Source: an uncultured Desulfobacteraceae bacterium (GTDB lineage Bacteria; Desulfobacterota; Desulfobacteria; Desulfobacterales; UBA11574). Taken from it: a stretch of 63,500 nucleotides of DNA. The notes beneath the pieces were generated by a model. The model was not told where the DNA came from and made no database searches. It worked only from the letters and a program-made list of their open reading frames with translations. The stretch is from positions 1 to 63,500 of the forward strand of contig CAYPIW010000051.1 in the NCBI GenBank assembly GCA_964410925.1. The letters are read 5' to 3'. Below are positions 49,530 through 58,147 of the stretch, one piece after another; positions within the stretch are counted from its first letter, which is position 1, and every line of letters begins with the position of its first letter. The translations under genes were made by a program, and so were the position numbers.

Positions 49530-50885
49530 TTATCTCCTCTCAGATACCCCTTTACTGCGGTCATACCATCGTGCAATAACCTTCGGGGCAATACCCATAA
49601 CATACGATATAATCACCAGCTGGTTGATTAACGTGGTTTTTAATATGCCGAAGTTTTGCCAGCGGCGGGATGATGTGAAAACAGGCACGGGCAGAGTTAC
49701 TATATTTCCTTGTTTTCTCAAGCGTCTGACCAGTTCAAAATCTTCCATTATCGGAATATCCGGAAATCCTCCGATCTCTCGAAAAACTTTGGATGAAATG
49801 AAAATCGCCTGGTCACCGTAAGGCATTTTTAAATATCGGGATCGCCAGTTTGCAAGGTATTCAATAAGCCGAAGGCCCGGCACCGTGGAATCCATACCAA
49901 GTTCGAATGCGCCGGCAATCATTTTGAGGTGTTTGAAGCCGTTAAAAATAAGGTCTTCAAATCTTTCGGGCAACCGTGTATCGGCATGAAGAAAAACGAG
50001 TACTTCACCCGTGGCTTGATCGGCGCCCCGGTTCATTTGCCGTGCCCGAGGCGGTGCGCTGGCAATAACTCTTGCCCCCAGTGATTTCGCAATCCCAACG
50101 GTATCGTCATTACTTCCCCCATCCACCACAATGACTTCCTTTTTGTTCCCGGTACCGATACTTTTTATGGTATTTGCAATATAATCCGCTTCGTTTATGG
50201 CCGGTATGATAATTGAGATGCGATTGGGTTTAAAAACACCAGGGGGTGTATGTTGGGACCGTTCCCGGATCATAAGATCCTCAGGGTGGTCCAGATCTTG
50301 TAACACGTCCAACAGAGCATAATTCAATCGCGAATGTTTTGCAATTGTTATTGTTTTTTTGAGAACATCACCTGATCCCCAGGTTATACCGCGAAACAAA
50401 TCAGGGATAGTCTGTGATAAAGAATTTTTTTGCAGCCCAATTAAATAATAGCCGCCGTCTTTGGCCGGACCCAGCACCATGTTTTTTTGTTGAAGGGCCT
50501 CAAACGCTTTTTGAATGATACCATTTGTCATATCCGGGATATCGCTGCCTATAATCACAGCCGTGGTCGCCCCGGCTCCAAAGGCATCTTCCAAAGAACA
50601 TTTCATGCGCTGTCCAAGATCGCCACTGCTCTGGGGGCGATACTCAAAATTCCGGCCGAGCCAGGTTCGCATTCGATTTTTATCCCCGCCCTCATAACGG
50701 ATCTCAACGCTCAATTCACGCCGTACTGATAACCTTTTTACCTGTGACAGGGTGTGTTCCGTCATTTTGCGCTGAAGATCCGCAGCCCCTTCCGCCCCTA
50801 ACAGGGGAATAAGCCGGGTCTTGGTTTTTCCCGGTTCCGGATAGCGGGTGAAGACAATCAAATGTTCTTTAAAGTGTATTGACAT
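49530..50885 (-). CDS. Fused TIGR04282 + TIGR04283 glycosyltransferases (rSAM/selenodomain- or arsenosugar-associated)
   Basis: N-half FTRYPEPGKTKTRL, GDLGQRM, IGSDIP, LGPAKDGGYYLIG; C-half ISIIIPA, VDGGS, RARQMNRGA, FLHADT, PYGDQ, MEDFE, TSSRRW. Confidence 0.88.
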   Translation of the reverse strand: MSIHFKEHLIVFTRYPEPGKTKTRLIPLLGAEGAADLQRKMTEHTLSQVKRLSVRRELSVEIRYEGGDKNRMRTWLGRNFEYRPQSSGDLGQRMKCSLEDAFGAGATTAVIIGSDIPDMTNGIIQKAFEALQQKNMVLGPAKDGGYYLIGLQKNSLSQTIPDLFRGITWGSGDVLKKTITIAKHSRLNYALLDVLQDLDHPEDLMIRERSQHTPPGVFKPNRISIIIPAINEADYIANTIKSIGTGNKKEVIVVDGGSNDDTVGIAKSLGARVIASAPPRARQMNRGADQATGEVLVFLHADTRLPERFEDLIFNGFKHLKMIAGAFELGMDSTVPGLRLIEYLANWRSRYLKMPYGDQAIFISSKVFREIGGFPDIPIMEDFELVRRLRKQGNIVTLPVPVFTSSRRWQNFGILKTTLINQLVIISYVMGIAPKVIARWYDRSKGVSERR

Positions 50886-51074
50886 ATTCCGTCCCAAAAT
50901 TTGTTGTACCGGTTTGTTCTTCGAAATGATTCCTCGGTTAATCTTATCCCCCTGTTCTCCTGTCGCGGGTAAAATACAAAATCCTTGACCAGTCATCTCA
51001 TTTTAGTTAATTTTTTCTTAGTTTTCAAGATAGTTTGCGTTAATATTTATAATCCTGTCCCGAATCGTATCGTC

Positions 51075-51357
51075 CATCACTGTTTTCCAATACTTGTTTA
51101 ATTGATGTTCAATATTAACATGAGCTGTTCATATATTAAACAGGTCTAATGTCCAGTTGTTAAACAACTTCACGGTTGGATAACAACAAAGATTTTGAAT
51201 CCGACCTTAAATCATAGGCTGTTTTATCCATCAACCGGCAACCGGTAACGGGCAGCCAGCACCCGATCTTAATTGGCATAATTATTGCTGTTCTAATAAA
51301 ACAATTGAGTTTTAAATCCACAGGACTCAAACGGACAGGAGGGTTACAATGATATAA
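51075..51357 (+). promoter_or_regulatory. Sigma54 promoter cassette, copy C
   Basis: TTGGCATAATTATTGCT at 51273-51289; palindromic sites at 51106, 51126 and 51150. Confidence 0.8.
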
Positions 51358-51774
51358 ATCGGGCAGGGCGGCGGGTGTGTTGTGCAGAATTTTTTGAGCA
51401 CAGATGTGGTAATGCCTTTAAAGAGGATGGGGGCTCACCTTCGGCCTTGCCTTAAATGAAAGGAGGTGAGAGAGAAATGAAAAATTAGTCTATATCTTTG
51501 TACTCGTAAGGTTAATGTTGTAGTAATCTTTTGCACAATATCTGAGGCAGACTGTTTGACAGTCACAGATTGTAGCAATTCATGCCTTTTAGGTCATGCC
51601 TTTCAGGTGCACAAAGGAGAATTAAAATTCTAAGAATTTTAAACAATCAGACAATAGCAGTTGCTAAGGTGTTGACTATAACATTTACCCGGCAGTGAAA
51701 ATTTAAATAACATATTGTGGCGTAATGATTGTGTCACAAGCTCAAAGAAAGACAATTTGTCAGGAGGTAAAAAG

Positions 51775-52344
51775 ATGGAAATAATAAAAAAATATAGATT
51801 CTTTGGTATTATTTTAATTGCTCTATTTATCTCCGGTTTTACTCCATTGGAAAAGGCATACGGCAAGCTCGAAATCGTACCCATGGGAAGTAACCAGTTG
51901 ACCATTCAAGATTTAGTCGACAAATGGGATGATTACAACATTTATTATTCCGATAAGTATGCCGGATACAGTGCACGATCACCTATGGGTATCATATTCG
52001 ATCCGAAAAATAATGATACAATGCTGGTGGGGGATCGGTGGAAAAAGGTCAAAAATCAAGAAGACTTGATAGAGATGACAGAATGGATTTGTCCGACCAC
52101 TCTTCATGAGCCCTTCCTCAACGAGATTTTTGGCCCGGACGGCCAGTTTTACGGATATCTTTATTATTCATGTGGATGTGTAAACTGTAAAATGGCTGGT
52201 GATAAAAAGATGTATGTATTTAACTTGGAGGCGCCTATTGAAGAGGACGGTGTTACGAGCGTCAATAGTAAAAAGCTCTCTTTCCCTTTTCATTTTACTT
52301 TGCAGTCGAAATACAAAAACGCTATAGTCCTTGAGAATCCATAA
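51775..52344 (+). CDS. Exported hypothetical protein
   Basis: RBS AGGAGG before ATG 51775; N-terminal hydrophobic signal; no family recognised. Confidence 0.65.
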   Translation: MEIIKKYRFFGIILIALFISGFTPLEKAYGKLEIVPMGSNQLTIQDLVDKWDDYNIYYSDKYAGYSARSPMGIIFDPKNNDTMLVGDRWKKVKNQEDLIEMTEWICPTTLHEPFLNEIFGPDGQFYGYLYYSCGCVNCKMAGDKKMYVFNLEAPIEEDGVTSVNSKKLSFPFHFTLQSKYKNAIVLENP

Positions 52345-52444
52345 TTCAGGCCCCAGGCCGCCTCGCTTTGCCCGTCCGCCATCGGCTGCGCCTCAGGCGA
52401 ATGCCGGGCGGACTTGGCTGAAGGGCGAGCTTGCAATGCAGGCA

Positions 52445-52612
52445 CTACTTAAGCAGGGTGGCACAATATGCCGCACCGATAAGGGCTGCTTTATCGTTCA
52501 GAATGACGTTAACGGGTATATTCTCAAGCAACTCCTTAAACCTTCCTTTATTCGTCAAAGCGGCTTCAGTGATGCTTTTTGCCGGGTCCACTTCTCTGAT
52601 CCTTTCCTTCAT
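52445..52612 (-). pseudogene. glk: Glucokinase C-terminal remnant, internally deleted and 5'-truncated
   Basis: Manual translation MKERIREVDPAKSITEAAL-TNKGRFKELLENIPVNVILNDKAALIGAAYCATLLK*. KGRF..L..IPV..I....AL.GAA is the Glk C-terminal signature. Confidence 0.75.
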
Positions 52613-52733
52613 TTTTTAAGCGAAAGCCTTGCAATCAGGTGTCAGCTGTCAGGTGTCAGGAGGAAGAAACGAATTAGCTGATACCTGAAACCAAAAAGTC
52701 CTGGATAGCAATTAACAAACTGGTAATGCACCC
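52608..52733. mobile_element. MITE family A, copy 3 (left TIR missing)
   Basis: TTCATTTTTTAAGCGAAAGCCTTGCAATCAGG.. through the right TIR TTAACAAACTGGTAATGCACCC. Confidence 0.8.
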
Positions 52734-52957
52734 ATATTTTGCTCTTCCATTCTCTATAGAAATACTTTAAAATGCTTTAAGCAAATTGCAAAAAAAGAAT
52801 GGTAGTTTTCTGAGCATGAATGCCAAAAGAAAGACCCAGATTAAAGATTTGCTGTTACACATCATAATTGTATTATCCTCCAATCCGTGGAGCGAAGAAA
52901 ACGATGGCCGACAAAAACCTGCCGGCTAAATTCCGATAATCTCTGGAGGGAACCATC

Positions 52958-55303
52958 TTGCCGTTTGAGGTTATAATACTGCTCACGATTGTTGCCGCGG
53001 CATTCGTCCTGTTTATCGGTGGCTGGCTGCGTGTGGATGTGGTTGGACTGCTGGTGCTGTCGGCCCTTGCATTGACGAATTTGGTCACTGCGCAAGAGGC
53101 TTTGGCCGGCTTCAGCAGCCCTGCAGTGGTCACCGTGTGGGCTTTGTTTATCCTGTCCGCGGGACTGACCCGCACCGGTATTGCCCATCAGCTCGGACAG
53201 CCGTTGCAGCGCTTCGCAAAAAGCAGCGAAGCCACGCTCATGGTTGCTTTGATGCTTGCCGCCAGTCTGCTGTCGGCGCTCATTAACACCGTGACCGTCG
53301 CAGCCATTCTACTGCCGACGACGATGGAGCTGGCCCGGCGCAGCGGGCGCCCACCCTCCCGGCTTCTTATGCCGCTGGCGCTCGGTTGCCTCCTCGGCGG
53401 TCCATTCACCGGCATCTCAACTCCACCCAACATCCTGGTGACCGATTTAGTCCGCAACGCAGGCTTGCCCCCCTTCGCCCTTTTCGACTTCACGCCCATA
53501 ACCGCAGCCATCGTTGTGGCCGGTATCGCCTTCATGGTGCTCGTCGGCCGTCGCCTGCTCCCCAGCCGCACCGCGGGGGTGGACACAGACAACCGTTTGG
53601 CACTTGGAGCTTCCTACCAGCTCGACACGCACATCTTCACCACCCGCATCCCATCGGAATCGCCGCTTGACGGCCGCACACTCGCCGAGAGCCGGCTCGG
53701 CTCAGCGCTTTATATGACTGTGCTGGCGCTCCAGCGAAAGGGTGGGTTGATACTCGCTCCCCGTCCAAATGACGTCCTTCAGTCAGGAGACACGCTCATC
53801 GCACACGGTAGTCCCTACCACTTGCAGCGCTATTATGCCAGCCAGCACCTCCAGATCGAGTCGCCCGACCAAGTCCAGAATCTGCTCCCCAAATATCTGC
53901 AAGTGGCTGAGGGACTTGTCACCGAGGGTTCGCCGCTGCTTGGCTCCACGCTTGCGGAGAGCGGCTTGCGGCGGGAGCATCGCGTTCATGTGCTGGCACT
54001 CTACCATCCAGCCGGAGGCGAGGTTAAGGATCTGCGACGGCATCAGTTTTCAACTGGAGAGAGACTGCTGCTGCAGGGAGAACGGGCAGATCTGGAAGAG
54101 TTGTCACGCCTGGGCTTTGTCACGGAACTGCGCTTCGTAGCGGCGGATAAGCTGAAGGCACTTGCCGGTGACCGTAACGAACTGCTGTCGGTACGCGTTC
54201 CACTGGGATCGGTGCTGGCCGAGCATAACCTGGTCGAAAGTCGCTTGGGGAATGCATTCGGTTTGACCGTCATAGGACTTGTACGTGGTGAAAAACTGCT
54301 GTGCATGCCTTCGCCGGATGAAAAGGTGCAGGCCGGTGATCTGCTTGTGCTGCAGGGTTCGCCTCGTGATCTCGAGGTTCTCGAAGGTCTCCAGGATCTG
54401 GAGATCGCAGAGCAATCCTCCAGCCTGGTTGCCGAACTGGAATCACAACAAATCGGCGTAACGGAAGTTCTGCTTTCACCCAGGACGACCCTTGCAGGAC
54501 AATCTCTTGCCGATCTGCTTTTCCGCGAGCGGTATGGCATCAGCGTGCTCGCCATCTGGAGAAGGGGCCGTGCCTATCGCACCGGGCTTCAGGACATGCC
54601 TTTGCAGTTCGGCGATGCTCTGCTGGTTTACGGACAACGCCGCAACCTGGAGGCCCTGGCTCGCGATTCCGACTTTCTCGTGCTGGATGAGTCAGTGGTG
54701 CGGGCGCCGCGCCTGGAGAAGGCTCGCATGGCCGTTGCCATCATGCTGGCGGTCATTTTGAGCGCTATCCTCGGCCTTGTTCCGATTGCCATTGCCGCCC
54801 TTACCGGAGCAGCGCTGATGGTACTCGTCGGATGCTTGAGCATGGAGGAAGCCTACCGGGCCATTGAGTGGAAGGTCGTGTTTGTTATCGCCAGCATGCT
54901 GCCGCTGGGAGCTGCCATCGAAAACACGGGAGCTGCGCAGATGGGCGCAGCTGCCTTGATCGCTGCGGTCGGTGATCTCGGCCCTCGCTGGGTTGTTGCG
55001 GCGCTCTTTATCGTGACCGTGCTCGGCACGCAAATCATTCCTACGGCTGCTCTGGTGGTGTTGATGGCTCCGGTGGCACTCAGCGCTGCCAGCATTTTGG
55101 GAATCTCGCCGCATTTGCTGATGATGACCGTGGCAATTTCGGCATCATCGAGCTTTGCCAGCCCGCTGTCGCATCCTGCACATCTACTTGTCATGGGCCC
55201 CGGCGGCTATCGCTTCATCGACTACGTGAAAGTCGGCGTGCCCATCACAATTATCTCGCTACTCGTGTCGGTGGGGCTGCTGCCCATCCTGTGGCCACCC
55301 TAA
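52958..55303 (+). CDS. SLC13/CitMHS-type permease with four TrkA-C (RCK_C) domains
   Basis: LRVDVVG, GFSSPAV, STPPNIL, four (S/T)xLxG(T/S)L..R repeats, EEAYRAIEW, GPGGYRFIDYVKVG; visibly GC-richer than the flanks. Confidence 0.9.
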   Translation: MPFEVIILLTIVAAAFVLFIGGWLRVDVVGLLVLSALALTNLVTAQEALAGFSSPAVVTVWALFILSAGLTRTGIAHQLGQPLQRFAKSSEATLMVALMLAASLLSALINTVTVAAILLPTTMELARRSGRPPSRLLMPLALGCLLGGPFTGISTPPNILVTDLVRNAGLPPFALFDFTPITAAIVVAGIAFMVLVGRRLLPSRTAGVDTDNRLALGASYQLDTHIFTTRIPSESPLDGRTLAESRLGSALYMTVLALQRKGGLILAPRPNDVLQSGDTLIAHGSPYHLQRYYASQHLQIESPDQVQNLLPKYLQVAEGLVTEGSPLLGSTLAESGLRREHRVHVLALYHPAGGEVKDLRRHQFSTGERLLLQGERADLEELSRLGFVTELRFVAADKLKALAGDRNELLSVRVPLGSVLAEHNLVESRLGNAFGLTVIGLVRGEKLLCMPSPDEKVQAGDLLVLQGSPRDLEVLEGLQDLEIAEQSSSLVAELESQQIGVTEVLLSPRTTLAGQSLADLLFRERYGISVLAIWRRGRAYRTGLQDMPLQFGDALLVYGQRRNLEALARDSDFLVLDESVVRAPRLEKARMAVAIMLAVILSAILGLVPIAIAALTGAALMVLVGCLSMEEAYRAIEWKVVFVIASMLPLGAAIENTGAAQMGAAALIAAVGDLGPRWVVAALFIVTVLGTQIIPTAALVVLMAPVALSAASILGISPHLLMMTVAISASSSFASPLSHPAHLLVMGPGGYRFIDYVKVGVPITIISLLVSVGLLPILWPP

Positions 55304-55395
55304 GGATAAATGGTGTCCCTTCACAAACGACTTCTGGACCCTGATTAGTTTCCAGGCCAGAAATAAGGATTTTTTGTCATGAACCAGGATATCAA

Positions 55396-56556
55396 TCAGT
55401 TTGCTGAAAAACCCGATGACCATTTGTCTTGGTACCAATTGGCAATATCAGATGCTCGAGCGAATAAATACACCCCGATGAAGGCGGTGATCAAAATATA
55501 GACACCGCTGAAAATCCGCAACTGCGGCAGGGCCATGCCGGCGATGATGGCGGAGAACTCGCCGCGGTGCACCATTGAAAATGCGGCGCGACAGGCGACT
55601 TTCGGGCTCAATCCAAACCAGCGACTGCCGGCGTAGGCCGTGACGACCTTGCCCACAACCGCCAGAATGACAAGGGCGATCATCAAGCCAACGAAAGGAA
55701 TACCTTCACCGAACTGGAGGGTTGTTCCAAACCAGAAGAAAAAAAACGGCAGGGTAATATCTCGAACAGGCAGCAGCAGGCGTTCGATTTCGGTGGATCT
55801 TCCGGTTTCTGACAGCATGACGCCGGCCATAAACGCGCCCAGGATTTCAGATAAACCCATGGCTATGGCGAGGCCGGCGTAGGCCAGTGCCAAACCTGCC
55901 GCCAGAAGCGGCATGAAATCGTTTTCGATGTATCTTGCGATGAAATGCTTCATTTGTTTAAAGCCGTAATGTCCCATAAGGATGGCTCCTGCCATCAGAA
56001 CCACGATTTTAAAAGATAAAATTCCCATAAACGTCATGGAAAGCGCTTTCCCGCCGTAAATGCCGGCAATGAAAGAGACCAGGATGGGAGCCACCAGGTC
56101 TTCAAAAATGAGCAGCGCCAGGATAAACTCTGCTTCGGGATTTGCCAGACGTTTTTTTTCTTCCAGCATTTTGGCAGATATGGATGAACTTGTGGCATAG
56201 GTAACCGACCCGATGATGAACGCGGTTACAATGTCGAGGCCGAAAAGCATGGTGACGGTCATGGCGCCGCCCAGATTGACGGCAACATCGAGAAATCCGG
56301 CAGGCCAGACTCTTTTGGATATGGTAATCATCCGGGCCAGCGGAAATTCGAGCCCCAAAATAAAAAACAGCAAAACAATGCCGATTTCGGCCACGATATG
56401 AATCAATTCATTTTTAAAAAATAAGGAGGAAACCAAGGCGCCCAGCACGATATAAATCAAAACCGACGGAAGCCTGAATTTTTGTGAGGCAAAGCTGATG
56501 GCAAAAAATGTGCAGAGCATCAGCCCGGCTATCAGCAGAAAGGGTAGATTTTGCAT
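55396..56556 (-). CDS. khtU: CPA2 K+/H+ antiporter membrane subunit (KhtU/YhaU-like)
   Basis: LLFFILGLEF, TSSSISAK, LIFEDL, LGAFMAG, RGEFS; no C-terminal RCK domain; follows khtT. Confidence 0.82.
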   Translation of the reverse strand: MQNLPFLLIAGLMLCTFFAISFASQKFRLPSVLIYIVLGALVSSLFFKNELIHIVAEIGIVLLFFILGLEFPLARMITISKRVWPAGFLDVAVNLGGAMTVTMLFGLDIVTAFIIGSVTYATSSSISAKMLEEKKRLANPEAEFILALLIFEDLVAPILVSFIAGIYGGKALSMTFMGILSFKIVVLMAGAILMGHYGFKQMKHFIARYIENDFMPLLAAGLALAYAGLAIAMGLSEILGAFMAGVMLSETGRSTEIERLLLPVRDITLPFFFFWFGTTLQFGEGIPFVGLMIALVILAVVGKVVTAYAGSRWFGLSPKVACRAAFSMVHRGEFSAIIAGMALPQLRIFSGVYILITAFIGVYLFARASDIANWYQDKWSSGFSAN

Positions 56557-56568
56557 GCCTTAATATTC

Positions 56569-57099
56569 CTATGGATTCTCATTATGGTTCGGATCAACAT
56601 CATAGGTTGTCAGGGTGCATGATTTGCACAGAGATTCCAGTCTCTTGGTCTGTTCCCGATTGCCGATGACCATGAGAACATCACCAGGCAGGATGACCTC
56701 GTTAACATCCGGACTGCCGATCATTTTTTCGCCTCTCTGCACTCCGATGATGGTTACTCCGGTCTTGGTCCTGATTTGGGAGTCGATGATTTTTTTATTG
56801 GCGAGTTCACTGTCCGGCAAAATGTTGAGCCATTCGATCCGGATGTTTTTCAACAGCAGTTCCACCCGGTCATCGGCTACGGGCTGGTAATCGGCACCGA
56901 GAAGAATGGTCCCTAACTGGCGAGCCTCTTCATCGGTCAATTTTATCGTAAAATCCGGTTCGTCCTCATCGGATTTGGGAAAATGGTATAACTCCCGGTA
57001 TCCGCTGTGATGCAAAATAGTTACAAAATTGTCCCCTTCCGCCGTTATAAAGGAATAGCGTTTCCCAATTCCCGGCAGGTCGCTGGTTTTAATTTTCAT
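56569..57099 (-). CDS. khtT: K+/H+ antiporter regulatory subunit (KhtT/YhaT-like, RCK_C)
   Basis: TSDLPGIGKRY, LTDEEARQLG N-domain; IRTKTGVTIIGVQR..SP..GDVL RCK_C. Confidence 0.88.
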   Translation of the reverse strand: MKIKTSDLPGIGKRYSFITAEGDNFVTILHHSGYRELYHFPKSDEDEPDFTIKLTDEEARQLGTILLGADYQPVADDRVELLLKNIRIEWLNILPDSELANKKIIDSQIRTKTGVTIIGVQRGEKMIGSPDVNEVILPGDVLMVIGNREQTKRLESLCKSCTLTTYDVDPNHNENP

Positions 57100-57154
57100 T
57101 TTCGCCTCCGTGGTCGGCCTTCACCGATTTTTTTTTCAAACACGTTCTTAAAGG

Positions 57155-58147
57155 TTATGGGTCCGCCCCGATACTCCCGCCAACGGCGTCCTTGCCTTTT
57201 GACTTAATATCAAACATGGCGCGATCCGCCTGAGCGAGCAGTCCGGTCATATCAATGGCATCATCCGGACAGGTAGAAACACCATAGCTTGCCTTCAGAC
57301 GGACCTGGTGTCCTCTATTAACCAAATAGAGCGTTCCCTTCATTCTGGTTCGAATTTCCTCTGCTTTTTGCATGGCCTGTTTTTTATTAAACTCCGGAAG
57401 CACAACCACAAACTCATCACCGCCATAGGCCACGCCATAAGCCGGCTTGGCAATAGATTCCCGGATGGTTGCAGACACTTCGGCCAAGGCTTGACTGCCG
57501 TTAAGGTGGCCGTATTTATCCACTACCTGCTTGAAGTTGTCTATGTCTAAAAAGATAAGCGAAAAAGGATTGCCGTCCGCCGCGCTGGCAGTGATGAGAT
57601 CACTCAAAGACTGGTAAAGATAACGGGTATTTTTAAGGCCGGTCAGATTGTCGTGGACGGCCAGATAACGAAACTTCTCCTCACTTTTTCTAAGATCCTC
57701 CTCGACCTGCATGCGTTCGGCGATTTCATCCTTTAGCTGCTGATTTACTTTTTTTAATTCTTCTCTTGAACGAAATAATTCCAGATGCGTCTTAACCCTG
57801 GCCAACAATTCGGCCCCATGAAAAGGTTTGGTTACATAGTCCATGGCGCCCACTTCAAATCCTTTGACAATACTTTCAGAAAGATTTTTTGCTGTGAGAA
57901 AAATAAGAGGAATATTCCTGGTGGCAGAATTTTTTCTTAATTGCTCACAAACAGCGAATCCATCCATGTCCGGCATCATTACATCGAGCAGAATGAGGTC
58001 GAACCGGTTGGATTGGGCCTGGGAAAGGGCTGATTTGCCGTTTTGGGCAAATGCCATCTGATAACCTTCTTTTTGCAGGATATTTGCGGCCAACTGGATG
58101 TTTTTGGGAATGTCGTCCACAATTAATATTTTAAACTTTGTTTTCAT
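57155..58147 (-). CDS. REC-GGDEF dinucleotide cyclase with non-canonical base-specificity residues (Hypr-like)
   Basis: Intact REC (IVDD, LLDVMMP, LTAK, KPF), then DNLTGLKNTRY, DIDNFKQVVDKYGHLNGS, AYGGDEF; no RxxD I-site. Confidence 0.9.
   Translation of the reverse strand: MKTKFKILIVDDIPKNIQLAANILQKEGYQMAFAQNGKSALSQAQSNRFDLILLDVMMPDMDGFAVCEQLRKNSATRNIPLIFLTAKNLSESIVKGFEVGAMDYVTKPFHGAELLARVKTHLELFRSREELKKVNQQLKDEIAERMQVEEDLRKSEEKFRYLAVHDNLTGLKNTRYLYQSLSDLITASAADGNPFSLIFLDIDNFKQVVDKYGHLNGSQALAEVSATIRESIAKPAYGVAYGGDEFVVVLPEFNKKQAMQKAEEIRTRMKGTLYLVNRGHQVRLKASYGVSTCPDDAIDMTGLLAQADRAMFDIKSKGKDAVGGSIGADP

Noticed and set aside
52331-52681. Plus-strand 116-aa and 62-aa ORFs
   Set aside because: They are composites of a GC-rich REP-like palindrome, the antisense of the glk remnant and the MITE.
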